Source of the DNA: an uncultured Muribaculaceae bacterium
GTDB taxonomy: Bacteria; Bacteroidota; Bacteroidia; Bacteroidales; Muribaculaceae
Direction of reading: 5' to 3'
DNA: 64,000 nucleotides
Assembly (NCBI GenBank): GCA_910578665.1
Contig: CAJTQU010000007.1
Span: 26,179 to 90,178, forward strand
Shown piece by piece: positions 1 to 11,309 of this stretch. Each line of letters starts with the position of its first letter. Position 1 is the first letter of the stretch. A program made the translations under genes and the position numbers. The notes under the pieces were generated by a model. It was not told the DNA's origin, made no database searches, and saw only the letters and a list, made by a program, of their open reading frames with translations.

Positions 1-426
1 AGAAACAATACCTTTAGACATATCTGCCTTAGCGGAATAGCTATGCTTCCTGGCATTACCGTGGGAATCAAAATCAGAATAAACAGTGATCTTGTAATCT
101 GTATCGGCAGAGGTCGGCACAAGCATACCGAGCTGCTGTCCCGGCGCCGTATATATCTGTTCCGACTCGATATTGATTATTTCGTACATCCCGGCATGCA
201 ATCCTGACGACGCAGGCCGCAACAGAACCACGGCCTGTTCGTCGGGCCACACATAAATTCCGCTGAGTCCCCTCACCGCGGTCGTGTCACACCACAAACG
301 CGCCTCCGCCAGTGTGACCGGCGCATAAAGCGGCGGCGAGGCGCCATACGCCGCCAACGAAATCAACACTGATATGGCGATGAACGCCAGTCGCAAATAA
401 CCGTGTAGTGCCAATAATGCTTTCAT
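1..426 (-). CDS. hypothetical exported protein, N-terminal fragment (ORF continues past the left window edge)
   Basis: Hand translation from the ATG (cat at 424-426) gives MKALLALHGYLRLAFIAISVLISLAAYGASPPLYAPV... It stays open for all 142 codons to base 1. The N-terminus looks like a signal peptide. It is absent from the ORF track because there is no stop in the window. Confidence 0.4.
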   Translation of the reverse strand, partial: MKALLALHGYLRLAFIAISVLISLAAYGASPPLYAPVTLAEARLWCDTTAVRGLSGIYVWPDEQAVVLLRPASSGLHAGMYEIINIESEQIYTAPGQQLGMLVPTSADTDYKITVYSDFDSHGNARKHSYSAKADMSKGIVS

Positions 427-446
427 AACTCAATACATAAAAATTA

Positions 447-2765
447 TTAGAACGGATAGCCTATGGCCAGATGGAAAGCAAAGGCTTCTTTAAACGGGAC
501 GTTGAAATAATGCGACGTGCCATTAGTATAAGGTGTATGCAGTCCGTACCCAAGATCACCCCTTATCACTATCATACCGATGTCGGCACGTAATCCCACG
601 CCGGTGCCAAGCGCTATATCTCTCAGAAATGTTGATGCCTTAAGTTTGCCGCCTGGACGCTGGGGATCATTTTTCAGCAACCACACGTTACCGGCATCAA
701 CAAACACGGCACCATGAAGGAAACCGAATATTGGGAAGCGGTATTCTGTATTAAGCTCTAACTTGAATGTACCGGTCTGATCAAAATATCCGTTTACTTT
801 GTCGGCAGGCACACGATATGATCCAGGCCCTATCGAACGCACCGTGAACGCCCTGATGGAATTGGCTCCGCCGATATAGAACTGCTCGCTATATGGCACC
901 TGGGTAGAATTGCCATAAGCATGGGCGGCACCGATGAGCACTCGCGACACCAGCCACTGGTCTTTGCCACGGAAAAGACGTCGGGAGTATACAAGCTGCG
1001 CCTGTCCTTTCACAAACTGTGAAAATGGGGTACCAAACAATTTTTTCTCACCATGCACGCCGCACAACGCATAAATGCCGGAGAAAATATTGCCCGCCTC
1101 GACAAGTGATGCGGTAAAGTTGATACCATTGATCCGGTCTCGTTCCAGAAATTTATCCAGTGTGTAGGTATAACTCAACTGCGGTATATACTGGCTTCTG
1201 AAACTTTCAGCTATTGCAGGATTGGCATTCATGATCGAATCAAAGTCGGCCGTAGTATGCATCAGCTTTGTGTAGGTGATCTTAAGAGGGGTAAACTGAT
1301 GAAGCGTATGCCGCGTGGCACGCCATTCATAAGATATGCCGGCACCGAACTGCGCCATCTTGAAATAATGCGGCCTGTTCAATATCGACGCATTAAGATT
1401 GATGCGTGTCCAGTTCAGCTCCCTCTGCGTGCGCGGCACAAACCGCGGCGCCAACAGCCTTGGGAAAGCCAGAGAGGCGTTAAGGCCGAATTCATAACTA
1501 TTGAATATTGATGACGATCCGTGGCCTGTCTGCCACTCATAAGAGGCATTGAACTGTAATGACAGCTGCTCGGCACCTCCGAATAAATTACGGTGTGTAA
1601 GGCCGAAAATAAGGCCGGGGCCAAGATAGCTATTGGATTTTGACGTCGCATTCACCTCGACAGAAGCCTCCATAGGCACATCAAACCGACAGCTGATATC
1701 CACGTTCAACAGGTCGGAAGCCCCGGTCGTGTCAGCCGGCGACACCTGCATGTCGATAGCAGAAAAAATGCCTAGACGTGCCAGCCGTGTCTGGGTCCTA
1801 TCCATGTTTCTCACAGAGAACGTACGGCCTTTCCTGAATGTGATACACGACGGCACCAAGTGCTCGCGCAGACGTGCCGGCTTCATTATCACAACCTCGG
1901 CCTTCGGGTCATGAATCGTGTCAGGCACACCGGGATTACGCTTGCTACTCCGCAGCACATGCACAGTTACATCTCCTGTACGCCACTTCCTAAGAGCCTG
2001 CTTCGGTGTATTGTCTGCCAGCGAAAGTTTAAGCGCTATGGAGCCGGGATGTATTGTACTGTCTGCCAGAAACTCTATGTACTCCGGGCGAAAATAATAA
2101 TAGCCACGGTTACGCATACGGTTAGTGATACGCGTGCGTGCCACCGACAGCGAATCAGTACTGAAACGTTCCCCTACTCTAAGATACGGGTCTAAACGGG
2201 CCAGCGAATCTATAAAATCATATATCCCTCGGTCAGCACGGCCGAAATACACCAGAGAGTCTATCATATAAGGCCGTCCTACCGACACAGAATAGTTTAT
2301 ACGGGCTTTCTTCGGATTTCTCTTATCAGGCAATACCTCATAAGAAGCCGTAGAGCCGAAATAACCGTTATTGTCAAGTATGCGCTCCATCATCTGTGTG
2401 CGCAACTCAGGTTTTACATCGCTCACCAGCACCGGCTGGCTCACCAGCTTACGGTAGAGCCAGCCCTCCAGCCCTTTGGCCGAATCATTCCAATTATTAT
2501 ACACCCATAATCCTACCGGAAATGGTGTGCGCACATAAGGACTGAGAAACGGCATCGGGTTATTGGGCTTGACATTGCCGGCAGACTTTATATTTCCCAC
2601 CATGCCGGAGGGCAGTTTCTCGCCATCCGTGCCGTGTACCTCAAATTTCTTCAGTCCGGTATACAGTACCTCGCCATCGGCCAGGCGCTTAGTGGTAGAA
2701 CACGCGCAGCACAGCAACACAGCCGCCAGCATAACTCCGATTATATGCAATGTATGTTTCTTCAT
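447..2765 (-). CDS. tamA: Omp85-family outer membrane protein (BamA/TamA-like, surface antigen D15 type)
   Basis: 772-aa ORF with a lipoprotein-type signal (AVLLCCACS). The long beta-rich C-terminal barrel ends in ...HLAIGYPF (terminal aromatic). It lies 10 nt downstream of the TamB-like gene. Confidence 0.65.
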   Translation of the reverse strand: MKKHTLHIIGVMLAAVLLCCACSTTKRLADGEVLYTGLKKFEVHGTDGEKLPSGMVGNIKSAGNVKPNNPMPFLSPYVRTPFPVGLWVYNNWNDSAKGLEGWLYRKLVSQPVLVSDVKPELRTQMMERILDNNGYFGSTASYEVLPDKRNPKKARINYSVSVGRPYMIDSLVYFGRADRGIYDFIDSLARLDPYLRVGERFSTDSLSVARTRITNRMRNRGYYYFRPEYIEFLADSTIHPGSIALKLSLADNTPKQALRKWRTGDVTVHVLRSSKRNPGVPDTIHDPKAEVVIMKPARLREHLVPSCITFRKGRTFSVRNMDRTQTRLARLGIFSAIDMQVSPADTTGASDLLNVDISCRFDVPMEASVEVNATSKSNSYLGPGLIFGLTHRNLFGGAEQLSLQFNASYEWQTGHGSSSIFNSYEFGLNASLAFPRLLAPRFVPRTQRELNWTRINLNASILNRPHYFKMAQFGAGISYEWRATRHTLHQFTPLKITYTKLMHTTADFDSIMNANPAIAESFRSQYIPQLSYTYTLDKFLERDRINGINFTASLVEAGNIFSGIYALCGVHGEKKLFGTPFSQFVKGQAQLVYSRRLFRGKDQWLVSRVLIGAAHAYGNSTQVPYSEQFYIGGANSIRAFTVRSIGPGSYRVPADKVNGYFDQTGTFKLELNTEYRFPIFGFLHGAVFVDAGNVWLLKNDPQRPGGKLKASTFLRDIALGTGVGLRADIGMIVIRGDLGYGLHTPYTNGTSHYFNVPFKEAFAFHLAIGYPF

Positions 2766-2774
2766 ATATGTCTG

Positions 2775-5700
2775 TTATCGTATTATTGTGTCAGTTGTAA
2801 GCGGCACTAGCGAGTCCGAACTCTCCACGGCAACGGACTCTGTTTTCTTTTTACGGCGGCCCATGCGGAATAATGATTTGAGCGAACTGATTTTACGTTT
2901 CATAACAAAGCCCGCGCCGGTTTCGGTCACCTCGCCTTCAAGTATGCTCTCATAGCCCGTATGACGGAACAATTTAAGATACATGTTCATCGTCTGGGTT
3001 TGTTTCAGATTATACTCAAACGCGATATCTGATATCAGATTCTGCGCAAAATTCTCATCGGCATCGGCATCAGTAGAATAATTACCTCCAACCACAATCT
3101 TAAACCGGTTGTCAAACAGACTTTTGCTCACCTGGTATGAATAACTTGTAGTTGTGCTCTGTCCCTGCCCCTCGACCGTCTGTTTATAGTTGTCTATGCC
3201 GAACGAGAGATCTATGCCACGTATATTCTTGGCTGCCCAGGAGTTTAACTGCCCCTCGATAAATGAATAAAGAGGATTGGACAGATTTGCCGATGCTTTT
3301 ACACCAGGCCCCGTATAAGTGTTATAGAGCAACAGGTTGATAGCCGCAGCCGACCGCTGTTCGGGAGTCATCGACAATAACTCGTTCTGCACGGTCACAT
3401 CGTCCTGCGTAGACATATCAAAAGTAACTTTAGGCACTGACAAGGTGCCAGACACGGCAAGCGCCACGTCAAAGTATATGATACGCGAACTGGCACCCTC
3501 CTGCTGCACATTGGCACGGACACGGTCTGTCGCATTTATGCGCAACGTGGGATTCATTATATCACCACTCCAGTTCACATAAGAACCTGTATCGAAATTA
3601 AACGTCTTCTCCCCTATTACCGGCACGCTGTAACGAGCGAAGCCGGTGCCGAGATACAGTGTGCCGTTAAGGCGCATATCTCCCATATAGGTTTGGGTGT
3701 AAGTAAGTGTTCCATAAGGATTAAGCTGAACTTTGTCGGTACCGTTGCCAGAAAGCATCACTGTCACCTCGGCTCCGTTCACTATATTAAGCGTGGCATT
3801 AACACGCATAGACATGGTGCGTGCTTTCAGCGAATCGGCAGCAGCTACCACGGCCGTGTCGGCAAACTGCACAAATTTCACTACATCTGTTGTAGAAGAA
3901 CCATTGTCCAAAGCTGATACAGCAGTGGGACGCACATAGGTTATATCTGTGGAGGGAAGCACCGAAAGATCGGCATCTATATCGAGCCGGTCAAGCGGAC
4001 CGCGCGCCGATGCGTCAAGGTTGACAAACAGTTTGCCGTATACATCCCCCTTGCCCTTTCGCGAGGAATTAACTAACGCCACATCAGAACCCTTAAGTGA
4101 AATATCAAGCAGTACGTTAGAGAATGACCGGGCATCTACCGTGCCGTCAAGCGCTATCGTGTTATCGTTAGCGGCATGTATATCGAATCTGTTGAACCTA
4201 AGCACATTATCCTTAACAACGATTTTGCTGGCAGAGTCCAGGTCCAGCCTTGCTGACGCCATAGGGACATACACGCTGGCTGAATCACACATAATGCTGC
4301 CGTTGAGCAACGGTGCCGACAGTGTGCCGGCCATATTCACAGTGCCGTTAAGATACCCTGAGAGTTGCGCCATATCGGCTCCGATAAACGGATTCGCTAT
4401 GCGCAGAGGAAAACGCGTAAGTGTCAGATCCAATTCGCTTGACTGTCCGGCACGCTGGCGCAATGCGGCTGAATCAGCCAGCATATAACCACGCGCCATA
4501 AGCACTTTCTGGCGGTCCAGATACAGATTCATCGATCCGCCTGTATTACCGTTAAGACCCAGGCCGGCCTTAAAATCGGCCTCAATGTCACCAACGCGCA
4601 TTTTGTCATAAGTCAGACCGGCCACGCCCAGAGTGCCGTTGCCCGTAAACGCTGTGCCGCGATACACTATGTCCATATCGGCATTGAGTGTGCCGGCCAC
4701 AGGTGGCGCTGTAAGGCTCATCTGGAGGAAGTCCTCTATGTGCACATCGGTAATACTTACTGCCAGCGACGTATAGCCCTCACGCGTCTCGCTCGTCTTA
4801 AGGCTGACCTTTGAGCCTGAACTTTCAGCCAGCAGGTCGGCCCTGACTTTACGTCCTGGTCCCAGCTCTATATAGTTGTCTTCAGAAATTTTCCACGGCT
4901 TATAAGCTATGGTCGCAGCCAGCGGTGTGAGATGCACTGACACGGTCGAATCCATCAATGCGGCCGTAAGGCCCAGACGATAACCCATTTTGCCCTTGGC
5001 ATTGCGCTGGCGCAGAAAGACTGATCCGCGATTGCCGCCCACATAACCGTTAATATCTACCGAGGCAAATTCGGGCATGTTGCCGGCCCGGTTGCCCACA
5101 TGCATGCCGTAGTCTATCATCTTGCCTCGTTGTGTGAAGTCAAACAGGGCCGTATCTATGCTTATTGAAGTCGTACCTGCCGACAAGATTCTGGCATTGC
5201 CGGTGACAATGCTGTCGGCATTACACACGCTGACAGCCAAAGAAGCGCAATGATAGCCCATGCGTCCCAGGGCATCCCCCATAAGACCGTCCTCTGTGGC
5301 GTCAAGAGATATGCTGAACGGCGGCAGTAAAGCCTGTATCTCTTCCATATCAAGCGCTTTATCCTTAAGCTGCCTGTTTACCACAGCCATCAGTTTATCC
5401 ATATTAGCGGTTACAGACTTAAGAGGCTCGTCTGAAGCAAACTTGGCATTCAGCCCGTCACCGTTCAGTTCGGCCGCCACATCGGTACTGGTAGCCAGCA
5501 AAGTACCGTCCAGCGCATGAGGCAGTTGAATGTGCTCGCTGCCATACACCCAGTCGATATCATCGATTCCGAATGCCAGATCGAAAAGCATAGCCGAAGG
5601 ATTAGCCGTACCACAGAGATTTATATGGCCCGAACCGTTGCATGTGTCTGCCATAAGGCCAAGTGCGCGCAAATCCACATGGCGCATGTCTGCCTGAATA

Positions 5701-7757
5701 TCCATCTTATAATCATTGCCTTTTATTGTGCCGTCGGCCAGCAGACTTAAGTCCAGATTAGGATTGCGTCCCTCAAGGCTGATATTGTACACTCCGTGTG
5801 AAAGCGCGGCGTCTGCTTTGAGCGGCGCCATATTGTGTCCGCCATAAACCAGTGTGGCCATATCGGCCGAAATCTCTGTATGGGCGCGAGGCACGGTGGG
5901 ATTGAATCCGGCACCCTCGGCCGTGACATGTCCGCTGACAACGCCTACGCCCAGCGAGGGCATTATGGCGGCTATATTTAGACCTTTAGCCGTGACAGAC
6001 GCATCATATGTCTCGGCATTAAGACTGACTGTACCGTCCGCACTTGCATCACCGGCATCCGAACGCATGGCAAGGCGCGCCATATAAGTCTGATTGCGCA
6101 CACCGATATGGCCTTTGATTGAGAATCGCGGAACGTGTATGCCCGTACCTTTGAGTACCGAGGCAAGCAGGGCGTTGCCGACACGGGCGTCAAGTAGAGA
6201 ACCGTCCACATCAAGGCTCGCATTCATTTTTTTGATGTCTGTAGGATTGTCTACCGATCCGCTGGCCGTAAGTTTGAAAAAATTTCGTATCCCTATTTTA
6301 AGGAGCTTTACCGAAAGACTTGATACAGATCCAGAAGCATCAACATCAAGTGATACAGGACTGCGCTGCGGAAGCAACCTGAGCATATCTCTTAGCGAGG
6401 GCATAAAGGAGTACAGATCCTGCCATCCCAGATGCCCGTCAAGTTTCATGTCTACAGGCGCATCCGGATTCATAGCCATCATAGCATACGACAGATATGC
6501 CTGTGCCGACAGATTGGAGAACGGGGTAGCAAGCTTGAAATCATCTATCTTAATACCCAGCGAGTCTATGCCGAGCGTGCCGGAAGCGTTATTAACCTCA
6601 AGTCCGCAACGCTCCTTGGCACGAAGGCTTCGGATGGGCAGACGCAGCTCAGAAGCCCTGTTAAAGAAATCTGACACTTCCAGATCAATATCTCCAGCTT
6701 CTATGTACGATGGATCAAAACCTGGCTTAGGCACTGCTCCTGACGTCGCATACAGTGCACGCCCGAGCCTAAGATGGCATTTCTTGATACTCACGGTCAT
6801 AGGGGGTGAGGATGACGGCACGCTGTCTGCCGGAACCGGATGTCCGGCCACATATTCGGCCGTAGGGACCAGATAAGAGGCAGTGCCGCTGCCGCAGTCA
6901 AAATTGCCTATCGATATATTGCTATTCTTAAGGTCTATGAGCGTATTGTCCACCCTACCGGTGCCGATGCTGACTCCCAGTGTATCAATAGTGGGAAGCA
7001 TCGTCATGCCGAAATCTACATTTTTCAGCATGAGGCGGTCGGCGCCTATCACCCATTCGGCAGGTGAAGAGGCGGTATCTTTTTTCTGCTTCCATACATT
7101 CATGGCTATAGACACTTTCGCATCCTCAAGTCGCGAACCGCGCAGTCTGATATCAGATTTCTTAAGATTAACCCGGCTTCCGCCCTCGAACTGCAACATA
7201 CCGGCCCTGATACCCATATTAAGCGAGGAATCTGACGAAACCATGTTATATTGTCCGTCAAGCAGGCGCACGCGGTTTATCTGCACATCCATTTTCAACA
7301 GGGGCAGCATCTTCACATCGGCCAGAAGTGAACGCGCCGATACCATGGTGTCTCCATGAGCCTCAATAACTCTCAGATTTTCCAATTCGACATCAAGTGG
7401 GAAATGCAGCCTGAAACGGTCTACTTCAATCTGCATGCCGGTAGATTTCGATGCGGCCTTACAGGCAACCTCGATCAGAAAGTCCTGTACAAATGGGATG
7501 TAGACGGCGGCCGGCAATAATAATATAAACACTAGCAGACAGGCCAATGTCTTGAGTGTGCGGCGCAACCATGTGCACTTTATCAAGTGTGTGCGGCGCT
7601 TTCCAGGGTGTTTTCCATCTGTTACGTCTGTGTCATTTTCCTTTTGAACATGCACAGACGAATCATCCGCAGAAACCGTATTGACATCGGTATCCGTAGA
7701 TGGCGGTATAGGCACAGCAGGCCGTTCATTACTCTTATTATCGATATAGTCAGACAT
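2775..7757 (-). CDS. tamB: translocation and assembly module TamB-like protein (DUF490-type)
   Basis: 1660-aa ORF with a single N-terminal TM anchor (LACLLVFILLLPAAVYIPF) and a very long beta-strand-rich, Gly/Ser/Asp-rich body. It is paired with the Omp85 gene. Assigned by size, architecture and synteny. Confidence 0.6.
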   Translation of the reverse strand: MSDYIDNKSNERPAVPIPPSTDTDVNTVSADDSSVHVQKENDTDVTDGKHPGKRRTHLIKCTWLRRTLKTLACLLVFILLLPAAVYIPFVQDFLIEVACKAASKSTGMQIEVDRFRLHFPLDVELENLRVIEAHGDTMVSARSLLADVKMLPLLKMDVQINRVRLLDGQYNMVSSDSSLNMGIRAGMLQFEGGSRVNLKKSDIRLRGSRLEDAKVSIAMNVWKQKKDTASSPAEWVIGADRLMLKNVDFGMTMLPTIDTLGVSIGTGRVDNTLIDLKNSNISIGNFDCGSGTASYLVPTAEYVAGHPVPADSVPSSSPPMTVSIKKCHLRLGRALYATSGAVPKPGFDPSYIEAGDIDLEVSDFFNRASELRLPIRSLRAKERCGLEVNNASGTLGIDSLGIKIDDFKLATPFSNLSAQAYLSYAMMAMNPDAPVDMKLDGHLGWQDLYSFMPSLRDMLRLLPQRSPVSLDVDASGSVSSLSVKLLKIGIRNFFKLTASGSVDNPTDIKKMNASLDVDGSLLDARVGNALLASVLKGTGIHVPRFSIKGHIGVRNQTYMARLAMRSDAGDASADGTVSLNAETYDASVTAKGLNIAAIMPSLGVGVVSGHVTAEGAGFNPTVPRAHTEISADMATLVYGGHNMAPLKADAALSHGVYNISLEGRNPNLDLSLLADGTIKGNDYKMDIQADMRHVDLRALGLMADTCNGSGHINLCGTANPSAMLFDLAFGIDDIDWVYGSEHIQLPHALDGTLLATSTDVAAELNGDGLNAKFASDEPLKSVTANMDKLMAVVNRQLKDKALDMEEIQALLPPFSISLDATEDGLMGDALGRMGYHCASLAVSVCNADSIVTGNARILSAGTTSISIDTALFDFTQRGKMIDYGMHVGNRAGNMPEFASVDINGYVGGNRGSVFLRQRNAKGKMGYRLGLTAALMDSTVSVHLTPLAATIAYKPWKISEDNYIELGPGRKVRADLLAESSGSKVSLKTSETREGYTSLAVSITDVHIEDFLQMSLTAPPVAGTLNADMDIVYRGTAFTGNGTLGVAGLTYDKMRVGDIEADFKAGLGLNGNTGGSMNLYLDRQKVLMARGYMLADSAALRQRAGQSSELDLTLTRFPLRIANPFIGADMAQLSGYLNGTVNMAGTLSAPLLNGSIMCDSASVYVPMASARLDLDSASKIVVKDNVLRFNRFDIHAANDNTIALDGTVDARSFSNVLLDISLKGSDVALVNSSRKGKGDVYGKLFVNLDASARGPLDRLDIDADLSVLPSTDITYVRPTAVSALDNGSSTTDVVKFVQFADTAVVAAADSLKARTMSMRVNATLNIVNGAEVTVMLSGNGTDKVQLNPYGTLTYTQTYMGDMRLNGTLYLGTGFARYSVPVIGEKTFNFDTGSYVNWSGDIMNPTLRINATDRVRANVQQEGASSRIIYFDVALAVSGTLSVPKVTFDMSTQDDVTVQNELLSMTPEQRSAAAINLLLYNTYTGPGVKASANLSNPLYSFIEGQLNSWAAKNIRGIDLSFGIDNYKQTVEGQGQSTTTSYSYQVSKSLFDNRFKIVVGGNYSTDADADENFAQNLISDIAFEYNLKQTQTMNMYLKLFRHTGYESILEGEVTETGAGFVMKRKISSLKSLFRMGRRKKKTESVAVESSDSLVPLTTDTIIR

Positions 7758-7888
7758 AGCTTTGAGACAGAAATTAACAATTGTGGCAAATTAATGTTAA
7801 CTCTGTGTATTAAACGCAATCCCGTTATATTTGGTTTATCCAGGCTCCGCATAACTATGCCGGCCAACAGGCACGGACGCCCGAAATA

Positions 7889-8296
7889 TCAGCGTGAACG
7901 GAGCAGACGCCAACTACAATAGAAGGCACACATGGCGTATGCTCCTATAAAATCCGCATAAATATCATTTAGCTCAAAACTGCGCGACTGCGTCAGATAA
8001 CGCTGCATAAATTCTACAGCCACACCGGTAATGCCTGATGCCGACGCACATAATAAGGCGCCTAACGCAGATATATACGGATACAAGCCTTTCCTACATC
8101 TGTATTTACCAGCATCCCATATCAGGGTGAGGGCAAACCAACCGAACATCACGGCGTGAACCACCTTGTCTGCTCCTTCAAACAACGGAACATCTACATC
8201 TCCCACTGGTCGCGGAGCAAGAGTAAGCCACAATATCAGAACGAGAGTCAGAACAGATGCTACCCCGACCGGTATCTTACATAAAATCCTCAACAT
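7889..8296 (-). CDS. VanZ-like small membrane protein
   Basis: 135-aa ORF with about 4 hydrophobic segments and an ADKVVHAVMFGWFAL motif of VanZ type. Confidence 0.45.
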   Translation of the reverse strand: MLRILCKIPVGVASVLTLVLILWLTLAPRPVGDVDVPLFEGADKVVHAVMFGWFALTLIWDAGKYRCRKGLYPYISALGALLCASASGITGVAVEFMQRYLTQSRSFELNDIYADFIGAYAMCAFYCSWRLLRSR

Positions 8297-8424
8297 AAAT
8301 ACGGCTAGTTAAATATCCAATCATTAATACGCTTATATTTCGATATGGTTCGAGGCACAATTGGAGTATGCCCAGTCTTGTCCACAAATAAAGAGATAAC
8401 GCTTATGACTTACTATAAAAATTT

Positions 8425-8458
8425 ATGCCGCGACCCGTTGCAAAGTAGGTCGCGGCAT
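8425..8458 (-). terminator. intrinsic terminator downstream of rplQ
   Basis: An 11-bp stem, ATGCCGCGACC (8425-8435) with GGTCGCGGCAT (8448-8458), and a 12-nt loop. On the minus strand it is followed by AAAUUUUUAU. Confidence 0.7.
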
Positions 8459-8480
8459 AAAATATCTGTCGGCCGGCTTA

Positions 8481-8951
8481 TTAAGCCTCAGTCTTCTCTT
8501 CAGCCTCGGCAACAGGAGCCTCGGCAGTCTTCTTAGAACGTGAACGACGTGTCTTGGCAGCCTTCTTCTCTGTCTTGGCAGCGAGCATGGCCTCGTTAAA
8601 GTCTACAAGCTCTATGAAGCACATTTCCGCGTTGTCACCCAGACGGTGGCCAGTCTTAAGAATACGGGTGTATCCGCCCGGACGGTCGGCAATCTTGTCG
8701 GCAACTACGCCGAAAAGCTCTTTGACAGCCTCTTTATTCTGCAGGTGAGAGAATACAAGACGGCGGTTAGCCATATCATCGCGCTTAGCGCGGTTGATGA
8801 TAGGCTCGGCATAGATGCGCAGCGCCTTAGCCTTAGCCAGTGTTGTATTGATTCTCTTGTGCATGATCAGAGAGATGGTCATGTTTGAGAGCATCGCGTC
8901 GCGGTGAGCCTTCTTTCTGCCGAGATGGTTGAATTTTTTATTGTGTCTCAT
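8481..8951 (-). CDS. rplQ: 50S ribosomal protein L17
   Basis: 156 aa, [24 protein letters not shown]... Last gene of the alpha-operon block. Lys/Ala/Glu-rich C-terminal tail. Confidence 0.95.
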   Translation of the reverse strand: MRHNKKFNHLGRKKAHRDAMLSNMTISLIMHKRINTTLAKAKALRIYAEPIINRAKRDDMANRRLVFSHLQNKEAVKELFGVVADKIADRPGGYTRILKTGHRLGDNAEMCFIELVDFNEAMLAAKTEKKAAKTRRSRSKKTAEAPVAEAEEKTEA

Positions 8952-8959
8952 CGTTATTA

Positions 8960-9958
8960 TCAGTCTTTATCTAATTTGTATTTTGAAATGTCCATACCGA
9001 AGCTGAGGTTAAGACTCGCAAGCAGCTCGTCAAGCTCTGTCAGACTCTTCTTGCCAAAATTACGGAACTTCAGCAGATCAGTCTTATTGAACACCACGAG
9101 CTCGCCCAGTGTCTCCACTTCGGCGCTCTTGAGGCAATTGAGGGCACGTACTGACAAGTCCATATCCGACAGCTTGTTCTTAAGAAGCTGTCGCATGTGC
9201 AATACTTCTTCGTCAAATTCCTCGCCGCCATCCTCTACCGGAGCTTCAAGCGTGATCTTCTCGTCAGAGAAGAGCATGAAGTGGTAGATTAAGATTTTGG
9301 CAGCCTCTTTCAAGGCGTCTTTCGGCGAAATAGAGCCATCTGTAGTGACTTCGAGAGTGAGCTTCTCATAGTCGGTCTTCTGCTCCACACGGAAATTCTC
9401 AACAGAATATTTCACATTGACAATCGGCGTATAGATAGAATCGACAGCTATAACATTCAGGTCGCCGGCGCCGAACATCTCGCGATTTTCGTCGGCCGGA
9501 ACCCAGCCACGTCCCTTATTGATAGTAAACTCCATCGTAAATCCTTTCTCAGGATCCAGATGGCATATTTCAAGCTCGGGGTTGAGCACCTCGAAACCTG
9601 TCAACACTTTACCCAAGTCACCGGCTTTGAACACATCTTGTCCCGACACAGTAATCGTAGCCTTCTCGATCTCGGTCTCATCGACAATCTGCTTGAAACG
9701 CACCTTTTTCAGGTTAAGTATGATATTGGTAACATCCTCTTTAACACCGGGGATGGTGCCCAACTCATGCGCAACGCCGTCAATGCGTATGGAGCAGATG
9801 GCAAAACCACCGAGCGAAGAAAGCAATATTCTGCGCAGAGCGTTGCCTACTGTCTGACCGTATCCCGGCTCCAGAGGTTTGAATTCAAACTTACCGAAGG
9901 AGCCAGTGGCTTCCAACATGATTACTTTGTCGGGTTTCTGAAATGCTAAAATAGCCAT
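8960..9958 (-). CDS. rpoA: DNA-directed RNA polymerase subunit alpha
   Basis: 332 aa, [34 protein letters not shown]... Lies between rpsD and rplQ. Confidence 0.95.
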   Translation of the reverse strand: MAILAFQKPDKVIMLEATGSFGKFEFKPLEPGYGQTVGNALRRILLSSLGGFAICSIRIDGVAHELGTIPGVKEDVTNIILNLKKVRFKQIVDETEIEKATITVSGQDVFKAGDLGKVLTGFEVLNPELEICHLDPEKGFTMEFTINKGRGWVPADENREMFGAGDLNVIAVDSIYTPIVNVKYSVENFRVEQKTDYEKLTLEVTTDGSISPKDALKEAAKILIYHFMLFSDEKITLEAPVEDGGEEFDEEVLHMRQLLKNKLSDMDLSVRALNCLKSAEVETLGELVVFNKTDLLKFRNFGKKSLTELDELLASLNLSFGMDISKYKLDKD

Positions 9959-9975
9959 GGGTCTCTATTTATTTA

Positions 9976-10581
9976 TTATTTAGAATACAACTCAACGATT
10001 AATTGTTCCTTGATAGTTTCGGGTATATCCTCACGCTGGGGAAGGTGCAGATAAATACCTCCCTTGATGCTCTCGTTCCACTCTATCCAGGGATACTTGC
10101 TGTGGTTGAAGCCGCCAAGGCTGTCTGCTATCACTTCGAGTGATTTTGACTTTTCACGGACAGCAACAACTTCGCCGGGCTTAACCTGGTATGAGGGAAT
10201 GTTCAATACCTTGCCGTTGACTGTGATATGCTTGTGGAGAACCAGCTGGCGGGCCGCAGGACGGCTGGGAGCTATACCCAGACGGTATACAACGTTATCC
10301 AGACGGCTTTCAAGGAACTGCAGAAGCACCTCGCCGGTAATGCCTTTAGTACGGGCGGCACGCTCGAAAAGGTTGCGGAACTGACGCTCCAAAACGCCAT
10401 AAGTATATTTAGCCTTCTGCTTCTCACGCAGCTGCATGCCATATTCCGAAGTCTTGCGACGACGGTTCTGGCCGTGCTGGCCTGGGGGATAGTTCTTCTT
10501 TGCCAGAACTTTATCCTCGCCAAATATTGCCTCGCCAAATTTGCGGGCTATCTTTGATTTTGGGCCTGTGTATCTTGCCAT
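9976..10581 (-). CDS. rpsD: 30S ribosomal protein S4
   Basis: 201 aa, [21 protein letters not shown]... Confidence 0.95.
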   Translation of the reverse strand: MARYTGPKSKIARKFGEAIFGEDKVLAKKNYPPGQHGQNRRRKTSEYGMQLREKQKAKYTYGVLERQFRNLFERAARTKGITGEVLLQFLESRLDNVVYRLGIAPSRPAARQLVLHKHITVNGKVLNIPSYQVKPGEVVAVREKSKSLEVIADSLGGFNHSKYPWIEWNESIKGGIYLHLPQREDIPETIKEQLIVELYSK

Positions 10582-10910
10582 TTTCTATTTCTTACTTTTT
10601 CAAGACATAACTTTCCAGAGCCGCCCCGACCTGTAAAGGCCGGCACTCAAAACCGAGGGGCAGACCCGGATAATTGTCTTGCGCAGCACCCGGACACATG
10701 TCGGCAGACACGTAGCCGGTAAGCCACATATTTGTTATTAAAGTCTGTCATGCCGCTCCTTAGCGCAGCCGCGACTGCCGAGAGAAAGGTTATGAGGCAG
10801 TCTATTCGCATTCAGAGCGCACTATAGTTTAATTGAGAATCTCGTTAAGATAGATAACGATGCATGTCTCGCGGTCCGGATAAAACCGGACAGGCACGCG
10901 TCGCATACCG
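10582..10910 (-). promoter_or_regulatory. 329-nt untranslated gap between rpsK and rpsD; candidate S4 autoregulatory leader
   Basis: There is no credible ORF, and GC is not AT-biased like promoter spacers. Small hairpins are present, e.g. GTCCGG/CCGGAC around 10874-10891. Location immediately 5' of rpsD. This is inference only. Confidence 0.3.
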
Positions 10911-11300
10911 TTACACTCTTCTTCTCTTGGGAGGACGGCAACCGTTGTGCGGAAGCGGAGTAACGTCAATGATCTCGACTACCTCGATACCGGCGCCATG
11001 GACGGTACGGATTGCTGATTCACGGCCGTTGCCGGGACCTTTGACATATGCTTTTACCTTGCGAAGACCCAGGTCATACGCGATTTTGGCGCAGTCCTGA
11101 GCCGCCATCTGGGCAGCATAAGGAGTATTCTTCTTAGAACCGCGGAAGCCCATCTTGCCTGCTGACGACCATGAGATAACCTGGCCCTCGCCATTTGTCA
11201 GGCACACGATGATGTTGTTGAAAGAGGAGTGAACATGCAGCTGACCCAATGCGTCAACTCTGACATTTCTCTTCTTTGCTGCGACTGTCTTTTTTGCCAT
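10911..11300 (-). CDS. rpsK: 30S ribosomal protein S11
   Basis: 129 aa, [32 protein letters not shown]... Confidence 0.95.
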   Translation of the reverse strand: MAKKTVAAKKRNVRVDALGQLHVHSSFNNIIVCLTNGEGQVISWSSAGKMGFRGSKKNTPYAAQMAAQDCAKIAYDLGLRKVKAYVKGPGNGRESAIRTVHGAGIEVVEIIDVTPLPHNGCRPPKRRRV

Positions 11301-11309
11301 ACTTTAATT

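Noticed and set aside
6094-6876. 260-aa plus-strand ORF, and many 60-180-aa ORFs between 2.5 and 7.9 kb
   Set aside because: All are nested antisense or out of frame within the 1660-aa TamB-like gene. They are Ser/Arg/Pro-rich low-complexity translations.
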